59,312 nucleotides of DNA. Source: a virus. Lineage: Duplodnaviria > Caudoviricetes. The notes beneath the pieces were generated by a model. It ran no database searches, was not told the DNA's origin, and saw only the letters and a list, made by a program, of their open reading frames with translations. The position numbers were made by a program, and so were the translations under genes. The first letter of the stretch is position 1. Each line of letters opens with the position of its first letter. Below are positions 46,599 through 54,866 of the stretch, piece after piece. Location: the IMG/VR virus record IMGVR_UViG_3300032898_000005, positions 1-59,312 of that record; one strand, written 5' to 3'.

Positions 46599-47441
46599 TC
46601 ATTCAGCGTCTCCCTTCTTGCGGACCTTGAGAAGCTCGCGGTACTCGGTCTGGATCGGGTCGGTGTCCTTGGTAAGGTCGCCCGAGACGTAGGCGAGGAG
46701 ACGGTCGAACGTGGGGACGGCCAGGCGGGCGGGTAGGACGCCGAAGTTGTCCTTACCGGTAAACTGGGCCGAGGGGCGGGGGTAGCCGACGACCACGGGC
46801 CGCCCGTCCGGCCAGGAGCCCTCCTGCTGCAGGCGGATGACCATGTTCGAATAGCCGATGAGGTCGCCTCGGAGGGCGGGGTTTACGGCCGGAGTGCGCT
46901 TGACCGCGCCGGAGCCCTCGTCCACTTCGAGGGTCATCTGGCAGGCCACGGCGACGTGGCAGGGCAGCTCGACCAGGGAGCGCATCAGGCGGCGCATCTC
47001 CTGGGTGACGCCCTTGTACTGGTCCCGGCCGTCGCCGGTGGTGTACCGCTCCAGGGGGTTCAGCTCGACGTGGTTGCGCTCGGACTGGGTGACCGCGCGC
47101 TGCCAGTCGAAGTCGACGTACTTCTCGATCCGGCGGGCCACCCACTCGGTGGCGGTGTCGATTGCGATGCCCGCGAGGGCGGCCGGGTCGTCGTCCAGCA
47201 TCTCGCGCCACTCCTCGATAGTCTTCTCCATCGAGATCGGGTCGAGCTGGTCGATCGGGTCGATGCGGTCGGTGGGGATGCCGAGGGCCTTCAGCGGCTT
47301 GTTTCGGATGCCCTTGTCGGCCCGGATCCACTTTACCAGTCCGAGCTTTGCCATGTAGGCCATGGAAGTAGTCTTGCCGGTGCCGTAGTCACCGAAGTAG
47401 AGGACCCGCAGGCGGTCGTCCTCGTCGTCTAGAGATGCCAT
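46599..47441 (-). CDS. AAA ATPase (Sak4/AAA_24-like recombination ATPase)
   Basis: FGDYGTGKT, IAIDT; adjacent to the exonuclease and SSB-like genes. Confidence 0.75.
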   Translation of the reverse strand: MASLDDEDDRLRVLYFGDYGTGKTTSMAYMAKLGLVKWIRADKGIRNKPLKALGIPTDRIDPIDQLDPISMEKTIEEWREMLDDDPAALAGIAIDTATEWVARRIEKYVDFDWQRAVTQSERNHVELNPLERYTTGDGRDQYKGVTQEMRRLMRSLVELPCHVAVACQMTLEVDEGSGAVKRTPAVNPALRGDLIGYSNMVIRLQQEGSWPDGRPVVVGYPRPSAQFTGKDNFGVLPARLAVPTFDRLLAYVSGDLTKDTDPIQTEYRELLKVRKKGDAE

Positions 47442-47447
47442 GGGCCG

Positions 47448-47492
47448 AGTGTACCAGAGGACTTGTCACCGTGTCACGTCGTATGGTTTAAT
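47448..47492. promoter_or_regulatory. Bidirectional promoter for two leaderless mRNAs
   Basis: TTGTC-ACCGT-GTCAC at 47463-47477; leftward GTGACA-N18-TACACT then ATG at 47441; rightward TTGTCA-N18-TTTAAT then ATG at 47499. Confidence 0.75.
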
Positions 47493-47498
47493 GGGTTT

Positions 47499-47576
47499 AT
47501 GACGAACTACGGATACGAGGACGAGGCCGAGCACATCGACCTGAGCGGCGACTACAGCGAGGAGCCGCCGTTCTAG
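47499..47576 (+). CDS. 25-aa acidic microprotein ending in an SSB-like C-terminal tip (MTNYGYEDEAEHIDLSGDYSEEPPF)
   Basis: ATG 7 nt after the -10 box; GC3-rich codons; followed by a terminator. Confidence 0.6.
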   Translation: MTNYGYEDEAEHIDLSGDYSEEPPF

Positions 47577-47589
47577 GACCGAGCACAGC

Positions 47590-47786
47590 TGAGGCCCGCA
47601 CCTGATGGAGGGTGCGGGCCTCGCTGTTTCTAAGGCGGGTACCGAGGGGACCAGATCCCCATCCTGCCCTCGGTACCCGCCACGACGCTGACGGAAGGGT
47701 CGCCCAGCTACGGGGGTAGAACTGGGTTCCGCTTGGCGAACGGTGGCTCGTCCGGCACCGTCCGCTTGAGACCGCCAGCGGATATG
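47590..47786 (-). ncRNA. Candidate ~200-nt structured small RNA
   Basis: Own promoter TTGACA-N18-TAGGTT (47821-47792); 15-bp perfect stem 47634-47681; terminal hairpin; no credible long ORF. Confidence 0.4.
47591..47622. terminator. Bidirectional hairpin terminator
   Basis: 12-bp stem GAGGCCCGCACC / GGTGCGGGCCTC. Confidence 0.7.
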
Positions 47787-47874
47787 GGACCAACCTACCG
47801 GACCGGTTGTCGGCGTGTCAAGCGGGCGGTTACCACGCGGGTGGCGTCAGTGCCGCTGATCGTAGCACGCGGCA

Positions 47875-48789
47875 CTAGTGACGGGAGAAATCCTGAGTAA
47901 AGCCTTGGTCGCGCAGGAAGCCCTGCACGTTAAGGCCCTTGCGCCCGGCCAGGCAGGCGTCCCGGAAATCGCACCGCCACGCGCATCGGTCCGGGTCCGT
48001 GGACCTGGGCGACATGGCTCCGGCACGGCTTACGGCGGCCTGCTGGGTGTACCTGGCCAGGGCCAGCTGATAGGTCTCCCGGGCCACGATGTCTAGCTCG
48101 CGATCGGATCGTACCATAGGCAGGCGTCGGAACCGCTCGTCGAGCGGGGTCGCGCCCGGGGTGGCGACGTCGGCCTGCAGGCGGTAGGTGCGGGCCGCGT
48201 TGTAGATCTGGCCGAACACCCGCTTGCCGAGCTGCCGCATCGCCCAGGTGTACAGGCCGAACTGGTCGTCCAGGGCGAGGAGCTTCTCCCCGGGCAGGTC
48301 CTTGCCGGACTTGTGGTCGACTACGTAGATCTTCTTGTTCCGCCGGTTGCGGACCACCAGGTCGATCTTGACCTTAAGCCAGAACGAGGACGGCGTTCCC
48401 TTGAGCGTGGGCAGTCGGCACTCGGCCGCGTGCTCGACGGCCAGGATCTGCCACTCGGGGTCGGTGCCCCAGTGGGCGACGTAGCCCGAGTACATCCACT
48501 CGGTCAGCCCGGCCAGGTCGTCCGGCATCCGGCGCATCTCGGACTCGACCGCCTTGCGGCACAACCCGAGCAGCGCACCGCTGAACGAATTGGGCGAGTC
48601 CTGCTCCTTCTGCAGGCGCATGAGGGTGTTGTAGTGGGCCTCCATGACCTGATGCCAGGCGGTGCCCTTGGCCAGGGCGGTCTCGGGGCCGTGGGGCTTG
48701 GACCAGCGATCGACGTAGCCGAGCTGGTGCTTGAGGGCGCATTGCTTGGCCGTGTCGATCTCGCTGTAGCTGACGATCCGCCTAGGCAT
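47875..48789 (-). CDS. PD-(D/E)XK exonuclease (RecB/Cas4-like)
   Basis: SYSEI...C, GTAWH, KIDLVV...VVDHKS, QFGLY, C-terminal CAWRCDFRDAC. Confidence 0.85.
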   Translation of the reverse strand: MPRRIVSYSEIDTAKQCALKHQLGYVDRWSKPHGPETALAKGTAWHQVMEAHYNTLMRLQKEQDSPNSFSGALLGLCRKAVESEMRRMPDDLAGLTEWMYSGYVAHWGTDPEWQILAVEHAAECRLPTLKGTPSSFWLKVKIDLVVRNRRNKKIYVVDHKSGKDLPGEKLLALDDQFGLYTWAMRQLGKRVFGQIYNAARTYRLQADVATPGATPLDERFRRLPMVRSDRELDIVARETYQLALARYTQQAAVSRAGAMSPRSTDPDRCAWRCDFRDACLAGRKGLNVQGFLRDQGFTQDFSRH

Positions 48790-49123
48790 CTCCGGTAACC
48801 TCCCTATGCTGTCGGTAAGCGAGCGCGGCGACGTGCACGCACTGGCTGATTAGCGCGCGGAACTCCAGGTCGCTGATCCCGTCCGGGTGGCTGCGGGCGA
48901 TCTGGCCGAACGAGCCCATCAGGTCCATCAGGATCGCGGCGAACTGCTCGCCGGTTACCCGGTAAGAGTCCAGCGCCGTGACGATGTTGATCGCCATGAT
49001 GTCGAACGCGTCGTGGTGGGCGGGGTTGTCGCATTGCAGCTTGACCCGATCGGTCGGGTCCTCCTCGACCAAGAACCGCTTCTGGTCGTCAGTCAGTATC
49101 GGCATGTATCTCCGGCTTTCCAC
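48782..49123 (-). CDS. Hypothetical protein
   Basis: Coupled ORF in the early operon. Confidence 0.5.
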   Translation of the reverse strand: MESRRYMPILTDDQKRFLVEEDPTDRVKLQCDNPAHHDAFDIMAINIVTALDSYRVTGEQFAAILMDLMGSFGQIARSHPDGISDLEFRALISQCVHVAALAYRQHREVTGDA

Positions 49124-49400
49124 GGGGCCTCCGGCTGACTGCGGACGCCAGGAGGACCAGACTGACCTTATAACCTTCCAGATTGCCCCGAAGACCGTCG
49201 TCGGGGCCTTTCAGGATGCCCTCGACCGACATGGCCACCTCCATCAGGAACTGGGCCAGGCGGATATCGGACATCGGGTACGAGTCGCGCAAGGACTCCA
49301 CCGACATCAGCATCGTGGACGGGTCGACCCCCGACCAGGCAGCAGAGCTGTCTGCCTGGTCGAGGGCCTCCCTGATCGTCCGCGTGAGCGGTCGTGTCAC
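49089..49400 (-). CDS. Hypothetical protein
   Basis: GTG overlaps the upstream stop. Confidence 0.5.
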   Translation of the reverse strand: MTRPLTRTIREALDQADSSAAWSGVDPSTMLMSVESLRDSYPMSDIRLAQFLMEVAMSVEGILKGPDDGLRGNLEGYKVSLVLLASAVSRRPRGKPEIHADTD

Positions 49401-49996
49401 TGCGAATCGTCGCTACTGAACGTAGGGTCGGACGGCCCGTCGCCGGGCTCGTCGACGTGACTGCCCTCGTTATCGTACGAGTTCTCGCCGTCCGTTCCGA
49501 TGAACGAGAAGGGGAACCCGACCGAGCGGAACACGTCGGCCAGCGAGTTAGGCACGGCCTTGTTGGCCTGGATCTCGGCCCCGGGCGGCGGGAACTTCTG
49601 CGGGAACTCAGCGAACGACAGCGGCGACCCGTCTTCGTAAGAGAACATCTTCTCGTGGTCGGCGTCAGTGTGGCCGCAGGGGTACTGAGCGTCGGACGGG
49701 AGGATCTGCCCGGCCGGGGGCGGCACGACCTCGTAGTGGCGGAGGGTCCAGCCGCTGATGAGGTCGAGCACCTCGTCCCAGGTGCGCGCACGGTGGCCGT
49801 AGCGGCCGGTGAGATACCACGAGCCGTTGTCGGCGCGGATCGCGGCGTAGGTGTAGGTCTGGTCCGCCAGGACGCGGAAGATGCGCAGCATCGCGCCCTC
49901 GGCTGGTTCGGGGCCGAACGCTTCTTCCAGTCGCTTGAACTCGGCCAGGCGCTCGGCTACCTGGTCCATGAGGGCGGCGGCCGCCGCCCTGGTCAT
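49397..49996 (-). CDS. Hypothetical protein (about 199 aa)
   Basis: TYTYAAIRA..GSWYLTG..TWDEVL motif; first gene after the leftward promoter at 50078. Confidence 0.6.
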   Translation of the reverse strand: MTRAAAAALMDQVAERLAEFKRLEEAFGPEPAEGAMLRIFRVLADQTYTYAAIRADNGSWYLTGRYGHRARTWDEVLDLISGWTLRHYEVVPPPAGQILPSDAQYPCGHTDADHEKMFSYEDGSPLSFAEFPQKFPPPGAEIQANKAVPNSLADVFRSVGFPFSFIGTDGENSYDNEGSHVDEPGDGPSDPTFSSDDSQ

Positions 49997-50048
49997 CTTC
50001 GACACATCTCGCTCCGATCGGGCCGCCCCGGCGGCGGCCTGTCCCGGC

Positions 50049-50124
50049 AGTGTATCGCATTGCTTGACTACGTGACAACGGCGGGGAACGGTCGTTGCCA
50101 CGGAGTCACCGCCTGGGGTATCCT
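50049..50124. promoter_or_regulatory. Divergent promoters with two operators (switch-like region)
   Basis: TTGAC-TACGT-GACAA at 50064-50078 (leftward, -10 TACACT); TTGCC-ACGGA-GTCAC at 50095-50109 (rightward, -10 TATCCT). Confidence 0.7.
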
Positions 50125-50142
50125 GGGGGCGGAGGTTACACG

Positions 50143-50475
50143 GTGCTTTCACTACACGAGTTCGGCGAAACTGTTTCGTGCGACTATACCACGGCGTCGA
50201 GGCTGCTATCCGGCGAGCGCGCGCCGTCCACCGCCCTGCTGCAGCGCATCTGCAGGGCGTATCAGCTTGACGCGAACGCGGCCCTGGCCGCGCTGGCGGA
50301 GGACCGGACCGGCGGGTCCAAGCGGACGCCGGTCTTTGCCGCGTTCCTACGCGAGCAGGTGTTCGACGCCAGTGTGGCATACCTCACATCCGGAAGTACT
50401 TTGTCAGGAGGACAAGAAGGCGATAAGATGGTTGTTGATGCAGGGGCGAGCCGCCCCGCCGACCTAGGGAGCTAG
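50143..50475 (+). CDS. XRE/Cro-family HTH regulator
   Basis: GGAGG RBS; LSLHEFGETVSCDYTTASRLLSGERAPSTALLQRICRAYQL. Confidence 0.75.
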   Translation: MLSLHEFGETVSCDYTTASRLLSGERAPSTALLQRICRAYQLDANAALAALAEDRTGGSKRTPVFAAFLREQVFDASVAYLTSGSTLSGGQEGDKMVVDAGASRPADLGS

Positions 50476-50478
50476 CAG

Positions 50479-51006
50479 ATGAGCGAGACCGAGACCAAGC
50501 CCACGATCAACAAGCTCAAGCAGTGCGCGTGCCTCACCGGAACCGACCAGGTGTGCACCGCCACCACCCGCAAGGTGTTCGCCCAGGGCCACGACGCCCG
50601 GATGTCGTCCCGGCTGGCCGTGGCGGTCGCCAGCACCGAGGACCCGATGACCGAGGCCGACGCGGTGACCCTGATCAAGAAGGCTGGCGGCGGGATGGCG
50701 CTGATCAGCAAGACCACCCACTCGGCCAAGCTGCGGGCGCAGCGCGCGGCCGGTGGCGACAAGCCCAAGGTCGAGAAGAAGGCGAAGAAGCCGAGCACGG
50801 CCGAGCAGGCGATCGAGTCGGCCGGTCCGCAGATCAAGGGCACCAAGGTCATCGTGTACCACGGCAAGGCCAAGTCCGAGGCGATCGTCGTCGCCAACGC
50901 GTCCGAGGAGCTGGTGGCCCGCCACCGCCGCCAGGGCAAGAACTGCGACCACCAGATCGAGGTCGAGGAGGGTCCGGACGGCAAGCCGGAGATCTTCACC
51001 AAGTAG
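50479..51006 (+). CDS. Protein with CxC...C...GHDA zinc-finger
   Basis: CACLTGTDQVC...FAQGHDARM; upstream promoter TTGTCA-N17-TAAGAT at 50401. Confidence 0.75.
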   Translation: MSETETKPTINKLKQCACLTGTDQVCTATTRKVFAQGHDARMSSRLAVAVASTEDPMTEADAVTLIKKAGGGMALISKTTHSAKLRAQRAAGGDKPKVEKKAKKPSTAEQAIESAGPQIKGTKVIVYHGKAKSEAIVVANASEELVARHRRQGKNCDHQIEVEEGPDGKPEIFTK

Positions 51007-51013
51007 CGACCCG

Positions 51014-51052
51014 GACGAGGCCCGGCACCCGGCGTGGTGACCGGGCCTCGTC
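51014..51052 (+). terminator. Hairpin terminator
   Basis: 12-bp stem GACGAGGCCCGG / CCGGGCCTCGTC. Confidence 0.7.
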
Positions 51053-51057
51053 GTGTG

Positions 51058-51087
51058 TTGACTGCGTGACAAGTATTCCGGTAGACT
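51058..51087 (+). promoter_or_regulatory. Promoter / operator
   Basis: TTGACT-N18-TAGACT; TTGAC-TGCGT-GACAA. Confidence 0.75.
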
Positions 51088-51117
51088 GCCCGGCATGACC
51101 AACCACAGGAGCTACTA

Positions 51118-51504
51118 ATGGCAGGATTCGACATCCCAGAGGCGATGGGGACGCTGTACGACCTGTTCCGCGCGGCCGACTGGAAGCAGCCGTCCAGCGA
51201 GCCGGACGAGTGGGTGAGCTGGGACGGACTGTTCGAGGTCCAGATCTCGCACTCCAGCCAGATGTGCACGATCCGCTGGCGGCGGGCGATCCCGCAGCTG
51301 GAGGCCGCGGCCGACCGGCCCAGGGAGTCAGCCCAGGCGTACCTAGCCCGCAAGCGCGAGATGGGCTGGGCGGTGAGCCGGTTCAAGCCGCACGGCCAGG
51401 CCGCCACGCCGTTCGTGCAGTGGCTCGGCACTGTGTTCGGGGAGATCGTGGTGTGGTGCACGCAGATGGCGGAGGTGGTCGACGCACCTAGCCGGGATGA
51501 GTGA
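51118..51504 (+). CDS. Hypothetical protein (128 aa)
   Basis: AGGAG RBS. Confidence 0.65.
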   Translation: MAGFDIPEAMGTLYDLFRAADWKQPSSEPDEWVSWDGLFEVQISHSSQMCTIRWRRAIPQLEAAADRPRESAQAYLARKREMGWAVSRFKPHGQAATPFVQWLGTVFGEIVVWCTQMAEVVDAPSRDE

Positions 51505-51704
51505 CCGGCCGCGCCACGTCTTCGTGGTCAGGTTCCAGTTCCTTACCGGGCTTACCCAGGTCTGCTGCCCGTGCACCCCGCGAGACGCCACGGACATGCG
51601 AGGGAAGCCCTTGCAGGAGCCGACCCGCCAGACAGTCGAGGACATGCTCCGCGTGTTCAGGGAGCATGTCCTCGGGGCCGCCGCGCCTACCACGCGGGTG
51701 GCGG

Positions 51705-52487
51705 CTACTCGACCGTCAGCCCAGCGGTCCAGGTTTGCTGACCCACCTCGCCGTCGACCGTCAGGTGATTCGCCTCCTGGAAAGCCCGCGTCGCCTCGTC
51801 GGTGATGTTGCCGAAGTCGCCGTCAATGCCGTCGCGGAGCTTGCCGGAGGTGCCGAGGTCGTGATCGTTCGCGATCAGCACCCCCTGCCAGATCCGCACG
51901 GCCTTGCCGGTGTCACCGGTCTTGATCTCGGGCATTGTCGCCACTAGCTGCTCCTCCCACGTTTCGGTACTGGACTCGAAGAAGTCCGGCTTGAGGACGG
52001 ACGCGTCGATCAGGCTGTGAATCCGGCCCGACGCGGCGTCGGTCCACTGGGTGCCGTCCATGCTGACGGCGATGCCCGGGTACTTGCAGGTGTCCGGGCC
52101 GCAGATGTGCTCGCCCTCGCCGTAGTGAGCCGACAGCAGCCGGACCTCCTCGACGGCGATGTCGCGGGACGCCAGCTCCTCGATGACGGCGGGCATCCCG
52201 GAGATCGAGGCGTACACGATCGGGCGGACGTATCCGGCGGTGAGCCGGTACTCCACCCAGTCGGCCGCGCCCTCGGGCGAGGTGTCCTTCTCCTCGCAGT
52301 CCACCCCGTCCGCGACGGCCTTACCGCCGAACACGGTCATCGAGATGTGGTAGGCGTCGGGGAACAGCTTGACGATCGCGCTGTACGTCCGGAAGTCTCC
52401 GTCGACGTAGCCGAGGTAAGCGTCGTACCCGTCCAGCAGGTTCTGTGGTACCGTGGAGTCGGCGCAGCTAAGGTTTTGGGCTGTCAC
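51705..52487 (-). CDS. Endolysin: glycoside hydrolase-like catalytic domain plus peptidoglycan-binding domain
   Basis: GYVDG, DCE, PIVYAS, TQWTD; PG-binding GDTGKAVRIWQ...DGDFG..T..A.RAFQ....LTVDGEVGQQTW. Confidence 0.85.
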   Translation of the reverse strand: MTAQNLSCADSTVPQNLLDGYDAYLGYVDGDFRTYSAIVKLFPDAYHISMTVFGGKAVADGVDCEEKDTSPEGAADWVEYRLTAGYVRPIVYASISGMPAVIEELASRDIAVEEVRLLSAHYGEGEHICGPDTCKYPGIAVSMDGTQWTDAASGRIHSLIDASVLKPDFFESSTETWEEQLVATMPEIKTGDTGKAVRIWQGVLIANDHDLGTSGKLRDGIDGDFGNITDEATRAFQEANHLTVDGEVGQQTWTAGLTVE

Positions 52488-52791
52488 ACTCGAACTTCCT
52501 TTCTAGACGCTGGAAGTCGCTGTCCAGCTTCATGAGCCCTGACTGGCTCTTGGACGGGGGCTTCCCCGACGTCAGCAGGTCGAGACTATCGCACCACTGG
52601 CGGTTGCTGGCCGCAATAGCCGCCTTGATCGCGTTGCGCTGGCTGGCCTGGGCGGCTACCAGGGCCTCGTGCTGGTTGGCGTTGGCCCGGCCCACGTTAA
52701 CCGAGGTCCAGACGAGGTTTCCCCCGCCGATGACCACCACCAGGACCACGATCGATACCACGCCACGGGCGCGGACCGACAGCCACGCCAT
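52468..52791 (-). CDS. Membrane-anchored lysis-region protein
   Basis: One N-terminal TM helix followed by a coiled coil. Confidence 0.55.
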   Translation of the reverse strand: MAWLSVRARGVVSIVVLVVVIGGGNLVWTSVNVGRANANQHEALVAAQASQRNAIKAAIAASNRQWCDSLDLLTSGKPPSKSQSGLMKLDSDFQRLERKFECDSPKP

Positions 52792-52807
52792 TAGCCCACC
52801 ACCAGGA

Positions 52808-53068
52808 TCAGGCCGGCTGCGATCCAGGCGACTGCGACGATGGTGCAGATTCCGATTCTCCATCGTCGGCTGAATGTTTTCCCGAGGCGCTGCCTGAGGG
52901 TGAGCCAGAGAGCACGGCTTTTGCGTGATCGGCCAGCGTGGGAGTGGTGAGGGCGAGCCCGGTAACGAGGAGGGCCGTGTTTGGCGCGTGGCTGAGCATC
53001 TGGGACAAGATCAGAGCCAGGCCGGTACCGGTAAGTAGGATGTCCTTCAAGAGGGACCATACGCTCAC
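52808..53068 (-). CDS. Putative holin
   Basis: Two TM segments; upstream of the endolysin. Confidence 0.55.
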   Translation of the reverse strand: MSVWSLLKDILLTGTGLALILSQMLSHAPNTALLVTGLALTTPTLADHAKAVLSGSPSGSASGKHSADDGESESAPSSQSPGSQPA

Positions 53069-53077
53069 TCCACACCC

Positions 53078-54862
53078 TTATTCACTAACCCAGATCAGTT
53101 CGAAGTGGCTCTCGCACCCGGTTACCACGCTGGTGGCGTAGGTGCTGGCCCCGTTCAGCTGCTCGTACGACGGCCATACCTCGTCCCCGACGGCCAGGTA
53201 AGTCAAGTCCAGTCCGTCCGCCCCGGGCGGCAGCGTGGTGCCGCCGTTGTTGGTGCTCGACTGCTGCTGCAGCGTGGTTACCGGTATCACGTCGCCCAGC
53301 GAGTTCTGCAGGCCGAAGCCCGCCGAGCAGACGTACGGCACCGTGGTACCCGGGACTTGAGATCCGCCGGTGACGACCAGGTACCAGCCCGCCACCTGGG
53401 CCGTGTAGTGGTTGGACGCTCCGGACGTCCAGCCGCCGTAGTTGTCCCCCACGGTACCATGCACCCGGCCCGTGGCGCTCTGCATCTGCAAGATCTCCTG
53501 GGTGCCGTTCGGCAGGGAGGTCTGGGCTGTGGTCTGGTAGCCGAGGAAGTACGGGCGGTTCAGCAAGAAGTTGAGGTCGTTACCTAGGTGCTGGTCGAAC
53601 TGAGCCAGCAGGGCCGCGTCCTCGACCCCGGCGGTCCACCGGAACGTCACGTCCGGCGGGGTGAACGCCAGGTTCGAGACGGACGACTGGTTGCCCATCC
53701 AGACTACCAGCATGTTGCCGATGCCGGACAGCGTGCCCGAGTTGGTGAGGGTGGTGCAGACGCCCTGGATCGTGTCGCCCGCGTTCAGGTCCAGGAGGCG
53801 GGTCATCTGCGGCCGGATGAACCCGCTTCCCGACGCGCTGCTGTGGGCCGGTCCGTACAGGTTAAGCGAACCGTTGATCTGGACGCCGACCCGCCGCTGC
53901 CCGGCCGTCGCGTCGGAGAACTCGGACATAAGGTGGACCAGGTAGACGCCAGGGACGGGCACCGTGTACTTGTGGGTGCTAGGCGAGTAACCCGAGTAGT
54001 TGTCGGTGGTGGCGCTGGACGGGTTGAGCGCGGTGAGGGTAGAGACCGCCACCGAGCCGGTCTGGTTGCCGGTGACGCGGAGCTGGGGCCGGTTGTTCAG
54101 GAAGCTTAGGGTGTTGCTGACGTACTGGTTCAGGTTTACGCTAGAGGCCAGTGACCACGTGGTGGACGGGGTCGGCACCGGGCTGATTACCGCAGGGGTT
54201 ATGGACGAAGTGCCCAGGCCGATCCACAGGTAGCCGAGTCGGCAGGACGTGGAGACCGGGATCGAGTTGGCCTGGGCCGCGTAGCTGTTCGCGCTAGAGT
54301 CCTGGACGATCGACTGCAGCGAGATGCAGATGGGGGAGGACGGGGTGGTGGTCAGGAGGTCCAGGCAGTAGGCCACGTTCTGCTGGGCGGTGGACCCGAG
54401 CTGGGACCCGCCCCGGGTGCTGCTCGACAGCAGGTTGTTGAACAGACCGGCGCTGACGTAGCCGGTCGCGTTGGTGACCGCGGTGATGCCGAGGTGGCTG
54501 AACTCCAGGTAGGTGCCGGAGCCTAGGGAGATGCTGCCGTCGGCCCCTGGAGTGTTGCCTAGGGCAGTTCCCTGGTAGACCCCTACCCCGCCGTAGTACA
54601 GGGCCTCGTTGTTTACGTAGGTACCCCAGTGGTTGGTTGTCCCGGTATCAGACACGTTGGTGGTCGAGCCGCCCGCCGCCGCCGAGCTGGTGACGGTCAT
54701 GCCGGTGGCGTTGATCCAGCCGGACTTCAGTGGCGGGAACGCGTGATACAGGACGCCGTTCGGGGCGTGGTTGTTGTACGGAACGTACGAGTACAGGTCG
54801 TTGTTCAGGTACTTGGCCGACACGAAGCTGCCGGGGATCCACGAGCGGGGAGGCATCGGCAT
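53078..54862 (-). CDS. Minor tail / tail fibre protein with repeated modules
   Basis: Repeated L.FL.NRP...DNY.G....YT..V.G.YLV units. Confidence 0.75.
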   Translation of the reverse strand: MPMPPRSWIPGSFVSAKYLNNDLYSYVPYNNHAPNGVLYHAFPPLKSGWINATGMTVTSSAAAGGSTTNVSDTGTTNHWGTYVNNEALYYGGVGVYQGTALGNTPGADGSISLGSGTYLEFSHLGITAVTNATGYVSAGLFNNLLSSSTRGGSQLGSTAQQNVAYCLDLLTTTPSSPICISLQSIVQDSSANSYAAQANSIPVSTSCRLGYLWIGLGTSSITPAVISPVPTPSTTWSLASSVNLNQYVSNTLSFLNNRPQLRVTGNQTGSVAVSTLTALNPSSATTDNYSGYSPSTHKYTVPVPGVYLVHLMSEFSDATAGQRRVGVQINGSLNLYGPAHSSASGSGFIRPQMTRLLDLNAGDTIQGVCTTLTNSGTLSGIGNMLVVWMGNQSSVSNLAFTPPDVTFRWTAGVEDAALLAQFDQHLGNDLNFLLNRPYFLGYQTTAQTSLPNGTQEILQMQSATGRVHGTVGDNYGGWTSGASNHYTAQVAGWYLVVTGGSQVPGTTVPYVCSAGFGLQNSLGDVIPVTTLQQQSSTNNGGTTLPPGADGLDLTYLAVGDEVWPSYEQLNGASTYATSVVTGCESHFELIWVSE

Positions 54863-54866
54863 CAGG

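Noticed and set aside
47499-47786. Type I toxin-antitoxin locus
   Set aside because: The peptide is acidic rather than hydrophobic, and the two transcripts would overlap only at the terminator
47875-48789. Cas4 / CRISPR system
   Set aside because: No repeat-spacer array or other cas genes; the context is the usual phage exonuclease-ATPase-SSB module
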